Both the position numbers and the translations under genes were made by a program. Positions 19,333 through 28,396 of a stretch of DNA of 64,000 nucleotides are shown one piece after another. The DNA is from Verrucomicrobiota bacterium (GTDB lineage Bacteria; Verrucomicrobiota; Verrucomicrobiia; Limisphaerales; JADLHS01): positions 25,333-89,332 of the forward strand of contig JASGKY010000038.1 in the NCBI GenBank assembly GCA_049840435.1, written 5' to 3'. Position 1 is the stretch's first letter, and every line of letters starts with the position of its first letter. The notes beneath the pieces are model-generated. The model was not told the DNA's origin, did no database searches, and saw nothing but the letters and a program-made list of their open reading frames with translations.

Positions 19333-20840
19333 TGCACGCCTCCCTTCTTCACCCAATCAAACAAAGGCGAATTAAAACTCGGAATGATCACATCCAAAAG
19401 AATCCGTGGATACAATCCCACCACCAGCGAGACGGCGATCAGCAGCACCGCCCCGAGGCGCTCCGGGATTGAAATCGGAGCGCCGGTCTCCGACCCGGCG
19501 TGTTCCTCATCATCGTGCGAAGCTGATGTTCCATGCTCCTGTTCTCCGAAGAACGCTTTCTGCATCGCGCGCAGTGTATAGGCCACGCCAATCACGATCC
19601 CGATACCCGTAATCACCGCTAGCGTCGGGAACGCCTGCCACGCGCCAACAATCACCTGCAGCTCCGCGATGAATCCGCTGAAACCCGGCAGCCCCATCGA
19701 GGCGCAACCCGCGATCACAAACGTCACTGCCGCGAACGGCATCGCCTTCACCAGATTCATTCCCTCCAGCGTGGCGAGTTCGCGTGTGTGCGTGCGTTCA
19801 TAAACCATCCGTCCCACCACCGCAAACAGCAGTCCCGCGATGATGCCGTGCGAGAACATCTGCAACACCGCACCGCTCAGCCCGATGGTGTTCAACGTCA
19901 CCAAGCCGAGCATCACGAAGCCCATGTGACTCACGCTCGAATAGCCGATGACGAATTTGAAATCCTTCTGCACCAGTGCCACCAGCGCGCCATACACGAT
20001 GCCAATGACTGCCAGCGCCGCGATCCACATCTTCCAATGTTCCAATCCTTCCGGGAACAACGTCATCGCCACGCGCAGGCAGCCGTAAGCGCCCAATTTC
20101 ATTACGACACCCGCCAGCAGCATCGAAGCAGCCGTCGGCGCGGCCACGTGACCGGTTGGCGCCCACGTGTGAAACGGCCACATACCAGCAAGAATTGCGA
20201 AACCCACGAACACCAATGGGAACGCCCACATCTGAAAGCTGTGCGGAAACGGATACTTCGCCAGTTCCAGCAAGTTCATCGTGTGCCCGCCGGACACCAC
20301 ATACGCCGCGATCAAGCCGATCAGCACCATCGCGCTGCCAATGAACGAATACAGCGCCAGCTTCATCGCGCCGTATTCCTTCCGGGTCGAACCCCAGATC
20401 GCGATGATAAAATACTTCGGCACGATGGCGATTTCGTAGAACACAAATAGCAGGAACAGATCAAAGCTCAGGAACACGCCATACACGCCACCGATGAGGG
20501 CGAGATAAAACGCAAAGAACTCCTTCGCCCGATGTTCGATGTTCCAAGAAAAAAGAATCCCGCCCACCGCCGCCAACCCCGTGAGCAACACGAGCGTCAG
20601 GCTGATGCCATCTGCCGCGAGGTGATATTCCAGCCCCAGTGACGGAATCCACGGCGCTTTGGCGATCGTAAGAATTTGCCCCTTCTCAAAATCGAAAAAG
20701 CCCGCCAGTGCGACCAGCAATCCCGCCACCGCCGTGGTCATGGCAACCTTGCGCGCCGCCGACGCGTTGCCCTTCGGCAGGAGCATCAGCACCAGCACGC
20801 CCAAAAATGAAATGTAAACGGTCCAGGCTAACATGATCAA
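19329..20840 (-). CDS. nuoM: NADH-quinone oxidoreductase subunit M, paralogue 2
   Basis: ~501-503 aa. NuoM-type N-terminal signature APWIPSLGLEYHLAADGISLTLVLLTGL, then 14-TM antiporter-like composition. The start is TTG 20840 or ATG 20834, 2 nt after the HEAT-gene stop. Confidence 0.85.
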   Translation of the reverse strand: MIMLAWTVYISFLGVLVLMLLPKGNASAARKVAMTTAVAGLLVALAGFFDFEKGQILTIAKAPWIPSLGLEYHLAADGISLTLVLLTGLAAVGGILFSWNIEHRAKEFFAFYLALIGGVYGVFLSFDLFLLFVFYEIAIVPKYFIIAIWGSTRKEYGAMKLALYSFIGSAMVLIGLIAAYVVSGGHTMNLLELAKYPFPHSFQMWAFPLVFVGFAILAGMWPFHTWAPTGHVAAPTAASMLLAGVVMKLGAYGCLRVAMTLFPEGLEHWKMWIAALAVIGIVYGALVALVQKDFKFVIGYSSVSHMGFVMLGLVTLNTIGLSGAVLQMFSHGIIAGLLFAVVGRMVYERTHTRELATLEGMNLVKAMPFAAVTFVIAGCASMGLPGFSGFIAELQVIVGAWQAFPTLAVITGIGIVIGVAYTLRAMQKAFFGEQEHGTSASHDDEEHAGSETGAPISIPERLGAVLLIAVSLVVGLYPRILLDVIIPSFNSPLFDWVKKGGVQ

Positions 20841-21935
20841 TTCGTTCGAGTCACCGGTATCAAGCCCCTGATTTCGGCAATCATGGTGTAACGCTCTTGC
20901 GCATTACAGTTCGTCCACAAGTTGCGAACCCGTGTTAAAACCTCTTGCGGAGGTTTTATCAACTCATCGTACTCATTTGGAATGCGAAGTGGCCTAGCCT
21001 TCTCCATTGATAGCAATAGTTGCTGATCGTTTGTAGAAAGTACAATCAAAGATAAGACTGCAGAGACATTGACCTTCCCATCCTGGGTTACCATCCGTTT
21101 TTCTATTTCTGGTATGGCGCCGCGTCCCTGACTCCCCATCAACATGAACCCAAACGCTGCGTTTGCTGCCAAAGAATCGTTTGGTACTCAGAAGCGAACG
21201 ACGCAGTGCTGGCTCAATTAGTTCTGAAGGCTGTCCAATTCTTCCCAATGCCCTCACCGCAAAAGGAGAAATCCGCTCCCAATTTGGATCGTCGAGCGTT
21301 GCGATTATCTGCGGCACCAGCATGACATTTGAAGGACCGAGATGCCTGACTGCTTGCAAAGCATAACTTCGCCACCAGCGATTATCGCTTTGAAGCGCAT
21401 TGCTAAAAATGCTTAGTGAGCCTGGATTCGCAGCCAATGCCTGGAAAACAGAACGCACGCTTACCTCATTGCCATGAATCATGGCCTCAAGCTGTGGCAT
21501 CGCGCTTTTGCCACGCTCTCCCAAGGCAAGAAAGCCCAACACCGCTTGGTTTCCCAATTCCATTCGCTTCTCCAACTTGGCTTCCATGAACTTAAACAGG
21601 AGCTTCGTCGGCCAATCTTGAAGACTGTAGAAGGTTCGTTCTGCCTTCAGAGCAGACTTCAAGCGGGCAATCAAAAACGGCACAGCAGGTTCACCTATAC
21701 TCTTAACAGCGCTGGCAGCTTCGCTATCCAGCACAGGATTGAGATCAACCACGTCAAACCGTCCAGTATTCAGTTTCGCCAACCAAGTTGAAAGCGCCTT
21801 CCCTTCAAAATGCGGCTCGCGAGGAGTTGAAAACCACAACGACGCGCCAAAAACCACCACGCACACAACCACGATCATCCCCCACAGTTTCAACTGTGAA
21901 TGTCTTCGCAATAGGCTTTGTTTATCTTGGGACAT
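20837..21935 (-). pseudogene. Membrane-anchored HEAT/armadillo-repeat protein embedded in the nuo operon (one frame break as assembled)
   Basis: ORFs 20994-21935 and 20837-21172 join near 21170-21185 (...ALRRSLLSTK... then ...AANAAFGFMLMGSQGRGAIPEIEKRM...). 1099 nt implies one extra nt, giving ~365 aa. There is an N-terminal TM helix (LKLWGMIVVVCVVVFGASLWF) and HEAT-like repeats (LVPQIIATLDDPNWERISPFAVRALGRIGQP). GC is clearly lower than in the flanks. Confidence 0.7.
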
Positions 21936-21940
21936 CAGAA

Positions 21941-23488
21941 CTAAAACTTCAGTTGCTCCACCATCCGCACCGCGGTCGAATTAATCACGTCCAACACGAG
22001 GCGCGGGTAGAGGCCGAGCACGAACATCAGCGCGATGGGCACACCCACCAGCACGCGCTCGCGCAATGTCAGGTCGGGCAGCTTTGCCCACTTTTCATTC
22101 AGCGGCCCGGCAAAGACGCGTTGGATGATCGTCAGCAGGAAAATCGCCGTGACCAGAATCCCGATCACCGATAACACCGCCGCCCACGGCGTCAGCGGGA
22201 ACACCCCCTTAAAAATCAAGAATTCACCAACGAAACCATTCAAGCCCGGCAGCCCCAGCGACGAGAACAGCGCAATGCCCATGAGCCCACAGAAAACGGG
22301 AATGGTCTTTCGCAGTCCGCCAAAGTCGTTCAGCCCGCGAATGCCACCCGTGCGTTGCTCGATGAAGCTCACAAACATAAACAGCGTTGCCGCTGTGAGG
22401 CCGTGATTGAACATCTGGAGGAATACGCCGTTGAGCGCTGCAGCTTTCTCCGTAGCGAACTCGGGTGCGTTCGTGAACTTCGCCACCGCGAACACGGCCA
22501 GCAAACAGTAGCCAAGATGGTTGATGGACGAATACGCCAGGATGCGCTTCAAGTCGCGCTGCGCGAACGCGGCGCACGCCGAGAATACAATCGTGATGAC
22601 CGCCAGCCACAGCAACGGCGTCAGCACCCAGTTGATCTGTTGCGGAAAGATCGGCAGCAGGATGCGCAGGAAACCATACACGCCCATCTTCGACATCACG
22701 CCCGTGAGCAGCATCGTCACCGGCGACGGCGCTTCGGAATACGTCGCAGGCAACCACGTGTGAAACGGCAGCAACGGCACTTTCACCGCGAAGCCCAATA
22801 GCACGCCACCAAAAATGATCAATGCGAGCGGCTTCGTGTTCAAATCATACCAACCAAGCTTTGCGGAGAGTGCGGTGGCAAGCGAACTGTCTTTGCCCAT
22901 CGCAGCCAGTTCGATGAAATCCATTTTGCCGGTCGCGAGAAAGATGGCAAGGAACGCCAACAGCATTGCCACGCTACCGACCATCGTATAGACGAAGAAT
23001 TGCGTCGCCGCCGGGCCGCGATTCATCCCGCCCCAGAGCCGGACGAGGAAGAAAGCCGGAATCAGGCTCAGTTCCCAAAAGATGAACCAATGGAAAAAGT
23101 TCAACGCCGTAAACGTGCCGATGAGTCCCGCCTGCAGGAATAGAACCAGTCCGTGGTAGAGTTGCACACGATCCGTGATGCGGTCCGAAACCAGTAACGC
23201 CATCGGCGTAATGATGCTCGCCAGCAACACCATCAGCAGGCTCAGCCCATCCACGCCGACGAAATACTGCACGCCGAGGGCCGGAATCCAATCAGCGCGC
23301 TCAACAAACTGCAGCGCGCCGCTCGACGCATCAAACGATCGCCATAATCCGAACGCCAACGCCAAGGAAAGGAAACTGAATCCAAGCGCCATGCGTCGCA
23401 CCATTTGCTTATCCTGTAATCCGACGACAATGATGCCGCCAACAATTGGCAACAGCGTAAGAAGCGTGAGGATGGCCAACCCGTTCAC
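21941..23488 (-). CDS. nuoM: NADH-quinone oxidoreductase subunit M, paralogue 1
   Basis: 515 aa. NuoM signature ADWIPALGVQYFVGVDGLSLLMVLLASI. The start overlaps the nuoL stop (ATGA). Confidence 0.88.
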   Translation of the reverse strand: MNGLAILTLLTLLPIVGGIIVVGLQDKQMVRRMALGFSFLSLALAFGLWRSFDASSGALQFVERADWIPALGVQYFVGVDGLSLLMVLLASIITPMALLVSDRITDRVQLYHGLVLFLQAGLIGTFTALNFFHWFIFWELSLIPAFFLVRLWGGMNRGPAATQFFVYTMVGSVAMLLAFLAIFLATGKMDFIELAAMGKDSSLATALSAKLGWYDLNTKPLALIIFGGVLLGFAVKVPLLPFHTWLPATYSEAPSPVTMLLTGVMSKMGVYGFLRILLPIFPQQINWVLTPLLWLAVITIVFSACAAFAQRDLKRILAYSSINHLGYCLLAVFAVAKFTNAPEFATEKAAALNGVFLQMFNHGLTAATLFMFVSFIEQRTGGIRGLNDFGGLRKTIPVFCGLMGIALFSSLGLPGLNGFVGEFLIFKGVFPLTPWAAVLSVIGILVTAIFLLTIIQRVFAGPLNEKWAKLPDLTLRERVLVGVPIALMFVLGLYPRLVLDVINSTAVRMVEQLKF

Positions 23489-25596
23489 TTGCCACCTCCC
23501 CAGATTAGGAACAACACCAGCACCACCAGCGCGACGCCGATGACGCGAAGATAATTTTGCACGTGCCCATCCTGCAATCGCGACAACAACGAACCGCCCT
23601 TCGACACCCGTTCACAACTCTGGTCAAAGCCAAGGTTGATAACGAATTCGTCAATCGCCCGATTCACCCAGGCAAAGGCCAATGTTACCAAGGAAACCAG
23701 TTTCACTGCCCCACCCCAAATCCATTCATCCAGAAACGCGCACGCCTTTGCCGCCCATGCGTTGAAGCGGATGACGGTCATTTCGTATAGCTCATCAATG
23801 CCGTATTTCCGCGCCAGCCACGTGTGGATGCCGAGCGGCATCTTCTCCAGCACATCTGGTTCATCCGCGCGCTTGCGTTGCACGAAACCATAAAGCCCGA
23901 TTCCCAAACCGCCACCCACCAAAACGACGAGCCCCGAAACCATCATGATCTGGACAACTTCGCGGGTGAAACCTTCCTCGTGGTGCGAACCAAGGAATTC
24001 CTGAAACCACGGCCATGCTGGGGTGCCGATCGCACCGAGCCCGATGGCGCACACTGCGAGAATGACGAGCGGCACAGTCATCGAGCGCGGACTCTCGTGC
24101 GGCTCGTGTTCGCTCTTCAATGCCACCAGCTCAGGGGTTCTGATGTGCTGGGTATCATGCGACACGTGACTGCGATAGTTGCCCCAGAACACCAACGCCA
24201 TCTGTCGCGTCATGTAAAACGCCGTCAGTAACGCGCCCGCCACGCCAAGACAAAACGGAAGGTGCGACACGGACCAACCATGCGCCGCGTGCAGGATGGC
24301 GTCCTTGCTCCAGAACCCGGAGAAGAACAACGGCACGCCCGCCAGCGCCATCATGCCGACGGCATAGGTCAAAAACGTCACCGGCATGTAATTGCGAATC
24401 CCGCCCATCTTCCGGATATCCTGCTCGTGATGGCAGCCGTGAATCACCGAGCCGGCCCCGATGAACAGTAGCGCCTTGAAAAAGGCGTGCGTGATGAGAT
24501 GGAACATTCCCACTGCCACGCCGCCTGTGCCAAGCCCCATCATCATGAAACCAAGTTGCGAACAGGTTGAGTATGCAAGGATGCGTTTGATGTCGTTTTG
24601 CGCGACGGCAATAGACGCGGCAAACACGGCGGTGATGGCACCGATCCAAGTTACAACTTGCAGGGCAACCGAAACGGGCGGCAACGCGCTGTCCCCCATT
24701 AGTCCCTGCCATGTTGATTCAAATATCGGATAAGTTCGCGCCACAAGGAACACGCCCGCCGCCACCATTGTCGCGGCGTGGATGAGCGCGCTGACTGGCG
24801 TCGGGCCTTCCATCGCATCCGGCAACCAGACATGCAGCGGAAACTGCCCGGACTTACCCATCGCACCAATAAAGATCAGAATTCCAATCAAGGTCGAAAC
24901 CGCGAGACCAGCGACCGTAGTCTGCATGATCATCTTAGTGAGCGCGGTTGTTTCCAAGCAGCCCGCGCCGTTGTCATAGAACAGCAGCGTGCCGGTCTCG
25001 TGATACAGCCACATGATGCCGAGGAAGAAAAACACGTCGCCGATGCGCGTGGTGATGAAAGCCTTCTTCGCCGCCGCCGCAGCGCTGGGTTTGTGATACC
25101 AGAAGCCGATCAGCAGATACGACGCGAGGCCGACCAATTCCCAACTCATGAAGAGCATGAGCAGATTGTTGGCAATGACGATGCCCAACATCGCCGCCGC
25201 GAACAGCGACAAGAACGTGAAGAAGCGCGTGAAGCTCTCGTCGTGCGCCATGTAGCCGATGCTGTAGATGAAGATCAACGTGCCAACGAACGTGACCATC
25301 ACGAGCATCACCGCCGTCAACGGATCGAGCACCCAACCGAGTTTAAGCACCCCGGCCTCGCCCGCCGCGAATTGCAGCCAGGCGAAATTGAAAAACTCTT
25401 TCGCACTTTCATGACCGTTGTGGTGGATCGCATGAGCAAAAGCGCACAGCGACAGCAAGAACGCACCGATCATCGAAACGATGGCCAGCGAAGCGGAGGC
25501 TTTGCGAAACCGCTGCGGCAGCAAGGCGCTCACCCCTGCCGCCAGCAACGGCAGCGCAGGAATCAGCCAGAGGTTTTTGACAATCCAAACTTCCAT
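23485..25596 (-). CDS. nuoL: NADH-quinone oxidoreductase subunit L (elongated, 703 aa)
   Basis: NuoL signature SWELVGLASYLLIGFWYHKPSAAAAAKKAFITTRIGD. C-terminal amphipathic (lateral-helix) region and final TM (YLRVIGVALVVLVLFLIW). About 90 aa longer than E. coli NuoL (613 aa). Confidence 0.9.
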   Translation of the reverse strand: MEVWIVKNLWLIPALPLLAAGVSALLPQRFRKASASLAIVSMIGAFLLSLCAFAHAIHHNGHESAKEFFNFAWLQFAAGEAGVLKLGWVLDPLTAVMLVMVTFVGTLIFIYSIGYMAHDESFTRFFTFLSLFAAAMLGIVIANNLLMLFMSWELVGLASYLLIGFWYHKPSAAAAAKKAFITTRIGDVFFFLGIMWLYHETGTLLFYDNGAGCLETTALTKMIMQTTVAGLAVSTLIGILIFIGAMGKSGQFPLHVWLPDAMEGPTPVSALIHAATMVAAGVFLVARTYPIFESTWQGLMGDSALPPVSVALQVVTWIGAITAVFAASIAVAQNDIKRILAYSTCSQLGFMMMGLGTGGVAVGMFHLITHAFFKALLFIGAGSVIHGCHHEQDIRKMGGIRNYMPVTFLTYAVGMMALAGVPLFFSGFWSKDAILHAAHGWSVSHLPFCLGVAGALLTAFYMTRQMALVFWGNYRSHVSHDTQHIRTPELVALKSEHEPHESPRSMTVPLVILAVCAIGLGAIGTPAWPWFQEFLGSHHEEGFTREVVQIMMVSGLVVLVGGGLGIGLYGFVQRKRADEPDVLEKMPLGIHTWLARKYGIDELYEMTVIRFNAWAAKACAFLDEWIWGGAVKLVSLVTLAFAWVNRAIDEFVINLGFDQSCERVSKGGSLLSRLQDGHVQNYLRVIGVALVVLVLFLIWGGGK

Positions 25597-25597
25597 T

Positions 25598-25909
25598 TCA
25601 GCCCTTCAAAGAATTCACTTCATCCACATTCGTGGTCTTGTAATGCCGATAGATCGCAATAATCAGCGCGAGGCCGACGGCGGCTTCGGCCGCGGCAACC
25701 GCGATCGCAAAGATAACAAACATGATTCCGGTGAGCGCTTCGGGATTCGCGCCGTAGCGCCAGAAGGCGATGAAGTTCAGGTTCGCGGCGTTCAACATCA
25801 ACTCAATGCCGATCAGGACGATGATGGCGTTCCGCCGCGTCAATGCCCCCGCCAAGCCGATGGCGAAGAGAAACGCGCTGAGGAGCAGATAGCTGGCGAG
25901 TGGCGTCAT
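25598..25909 (-). CDS. nuoK: NADH-quinone oxidoreductase subunit K
   Basis: 103 aa with 3 TM helices. Motif: [27 protein letters not shown]. Confidence 0.92.
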   Translation of the reverse strand: MTPLASYLLLSAFLFAIGLAGALTRRNAIIVLIGIELMLNAANLNFIAFWRYGANPEALTGIMFVIFAIAVAAAEAAVGLALIIAIYRHYKTTNVDEVNSLKG

Positions 25910-26400
25910 TTCTTTTCCTCCCTCATCGCGATAATCACCGCGCCGATCAGCGCTGCCGTCAACAAAAGCCCGAGCACTTCGAGCGGCAAAACAAATTTTG
26001 TCATCAAGTCCTGGCCGATCTGTTCCACGGTGGCGGACGACGAGGGCGGCAACGCGCGCTTGCTGGCAAAGCTATGATTGATGGCACAGGCCAGGAGCGT
26101 GAACACTGACATGGCGATCGCCGCGCCCCAAAACCAGGATGCGGAGAAGACGGATTTTTCCGGCGCTTCCCCACCTCGGGTGAGCAACACGGCAAATACG
26201 ATCAAGATCGCCACGGCGCCGACATAGACGAGAATTTGGGTGAGGCCCACGAACTGGGCGTCGAGTTGCAGATAGGCGGCGGCGAGCCCGGCAAAGGCCA
26301 TGGCTACCGCCAAGGCGCTGTGCACGAGATTGCGCAGGGTCATCGCTGCCGTGGCTGCGGCGATAATCAAGATGGCGATGATGGCAAAGGAAAACGTCAT
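25906..26400 (-). CDS. nuoJ: NADH-quinone oxidoreductase subunit J
   Basis: ~164 aa. The likely start MTFSFAII (ATG 26398-26400) overlaps the nuoH stop as ATGA. Motif: [40 protein letters not shown]. Confidence 0.88.
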   Translation of the reverse strand: MTFSFAIIAILIIAAATAAMTLRNLVHSALAVAMAFAGLAAAYLQLDAQFVGLTQILVYVGAVAILIVFAVLLTRGGEAPEKSVFSASWFWGAAIAMSVFTLLACAINHSFASKRALPPSSSATVEQIGQDLMTKFVLPLEVLGLLLTAALIGAVIIAMREEKK

Positions 26401-27587
26401 GTCAGTCCGCAAAGCGATAGGTGCGTTTGCCCGATGTCTTTGCGTTCAAACTGGGGCTTGCCCAAGAATAAATAGGCGGTAACCAGAAGCGCGCCACTCG
26501 TCAGCCAGCGCGTGAAGCCCGGGCCAGTGAAATGCCAGAGCGCGGCGGCGACCAAATTGATGAGCACCATCGGGATCATAAATTTCCACGCAAAATTCAT
26601 GAGTTGATCCTGGCGCATCCGCGGCAGCGTGCCCCGCGTCCAAATGAACAGGCACATCAGCGCCAGTAGTTTGAGGAAGAACCAGCCCCACGACGGAATA
26701 AAATCCAGCGCGGCGAAGGGCGCATTCCAGCCGCCCAAGAACAGCGTGATGCCCAGCCCACTGATGGCGAACAAGCTCAGGTATTCGGCGAGGAAGAACA
26801 ACGCGAACTTAAAGCCGGAGTATTCGATGAAGTAACCCGCGATGATTTCTGATTCGCCTTCGGGCAGATCGAATGGCGAACGGTTGGCTTCAGCGTTGGC
26901 AGCGATCAGGAACAGCACGAAGCCGACAAAGCCCCACGGGGTAAAAATAAACCAGTCCGGCAAAAATCCGAAGTGTGTGCCCTGCGCCAGCACAATCTTG
27001 GTGAGCGAAAGTGTGCCAGTGATCATCACCACGGAAACCGTCGCCAGAATGAGCGGGATTTCGTAACTGACCATCTGCGCCACGGCGCGCATCGCGCCGA
27101 GAAGCGCATACTTGTTGCGGCTCGACCAACCCGCCATGAAGACCGCGAGTTCCGACGCAGCCCCAACCGCGAAGAAGAACAGCAGTCCCGCATCGAGATC
27201 GAGCACGACCATGTTCCGGCCAATCGGCAACACCGCGTAAACCGTAAACGCAGTCACCACCAAAATCACCGGGGCGAGCAAGTGTACGACTTTGTCGGCG
27301 GCGCGTGGGACGACGTCCTCTTTAATCAACGCCTTGATGCCATCAGCCGCCGGCTGCAAAAAACCGAAAGGCCCGACACGATTCGGACCGTAACGGTTTT
27401 GGATTCGCCCCAACCCTTTGCGCTCCATGATGGTCATGATCGCAAACAAGGCCGGAAACACCGCCAGGATCGGGATCAGAGATAACAGGATGGAAACGAT
27501 CGGCAACCAATTCTCCGGCACAACGCCCTGCAACTGGCCGAGCAGCCAGTGTTTGAGATTTACGAAGATTTGGTCGAGATCAGGCAT
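26397..27587 (-). CDS. nuoH: NADH-quinone oxidoreductase subunit H
   Basis: 396 aa. Motif: MERKGLGRIQNRYGPNRVGPFGFLQPAADGIKALIKEDVVP. Its start overlaps the nuoI stop by 1 nt. Confidence 0.92.
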   Translation of the reverse strand: MPDLDQIFVNLKHWLLGQLQGVVPENWLPIVSILLSLIPILAVFPALFAIMTIMERKGLGRIQNRYGPNRVGPFGFLQPAADGIKALIKEDVVPRAADKVVHLLAPVILVVTAFTVYAVLPIGRNMVVLDLDAGLLFFFAVGAASELAVFMAGWSSRNKYALLGAMRAVAQMVSYEIPLILATVSVVMITGTLSLTKIVLAQGTHFGFLPDWFIFTPWGFVGFVLFLIAANAEANRSPFDLPEGESEIIAGYFIEYSGFKFALFFLAEYLSLFAISGLGITLFLGGWNAPFAALDFIPSWGWFFLKLLALMCLFIWTRGTLPRMRQDQLMNFAWKFMIPMVLINLVAAALWHFTGPGFTRWLTSGALLVTAYLFLGKPQFERKDIGQTHLSLCGLT

Positions 27588-28246
27588 CAGACGGTGGCCG
27601 GTGCTGCGGTTGATTGAGTTGCCGTCGCCGCTTTGGCTTTGGATTCAGCAGCAGCCTTGGCCTTTGCCTCAGCGTCGGCCTTGGCCTTGGCTTGTGCCTT
27701 CGCGATTTCTGCCGCCAGCACGGCATCAGACGCGGCGGCGTCCGTCGGATGGATGGTGCGGTAATGATCGTTGGATTTGGCGAGTTGTTCCTTATGCACC
27801 AGCAGGTCGCTGAAGCGGTTGGTCCGGCTCCATTTGTAATCCGTGTCCATCTTGATGGATTCAAACGGACAGACCTCGGCGCAGATGCCGCAACTCATGC
27901 AGACGGAGAGGTCAATGTCGAACGTCGCCGGATAAAACTGCGCCTGCCCCTTGTAGTCCGGCTTCTTGTCCTTGCTCTTGACGATGTAGATGCACTTGGG
28001 CGGGCATTCCTTCTCGCAAATCTGGCAGGAGACGCAGCGCAGGCCTTTTTGCCAGTCGTCGCCATCATAGACGAGGAAAGGAAACTGCCGGGCGTTCTCG
28101 ATCTGGGGAATCGTTTCCTCCGGGTATTGTACCGTGGTCAAACGCTCAGCACTGACGTAGCTGCCGAGGAAATTCCTCGCCGTCTCCGCCATGCCTTTGA
28201 TGATGCCTGCGCCGAGCATGAAATAAATGTATGGTTTCAACGCCAA
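27587..28246 (-). CDS. nuoI: NADH-quinone oxidoreductase subunit I (2x[4Fe-4S]) with an Ala/Lys-rich C-terminal extension
   Basis: TTVQYPEE plus two CxxCxxCxxxCP motifs (CVSCQICEKECP, CMSCGICAEVCP). 219 aa from a TTG start, so the start is uncertain. The last ~50 aa are low complexity (AKAQAKAKADAEAKAKAAAESKAKAATA). Confidence 0.88.
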   Translation of the reverse strand: MALKPYIYFMLGAGIIKGMAETARNFLGSYVSAERLTTVQYPEETIPQIENARQFPFLVYDGDDWQKGLRCVSCQICEKECPPKCIYIVKSKDKKPDYKGQAQFYPATFDIDLSVCMSCGICAEVCPFESIKMDTDYKWSRTNRFSDLLVHKEQLAKSNDHYRTIHPTDAAASDAVLAAEIAKAQAKAKADAEAKAKAAAESKAKAATATQSTAAPATV

Positions 28247-28396
28247 AGTCTAAAGCTGCGAAACTGCACTGCCGCTGGCGATAGATATTCTTTGGTCATG
28301 GATTCGGAATCCTGTTTGTTCCGCACCGAATGTGCGCAGAGTAAGGTTGTCTGGCGTCGGAAGCAAGCCGACGCTGTCGCAACCCTTGAACCGGTC

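Noticed and set aside
19329-23488. The two nuoM genes as an assembly-induced duplication
   Set aside because: The two proteins differ at most positions outside conserved motifs and have different lengths (503 versus 515 aa), so they are genuine paralogues.
27600-27730. Periodic gccttggc/gcctttgc repeats that at first glance look like a short tandem-repeat array
   Set aside because: They are the coding sequence (antisense view) of the Ala/Lys-rich NuoI tail. There are no spacers or unit conservation of the kind seen in CRISPR or VNTR loci.
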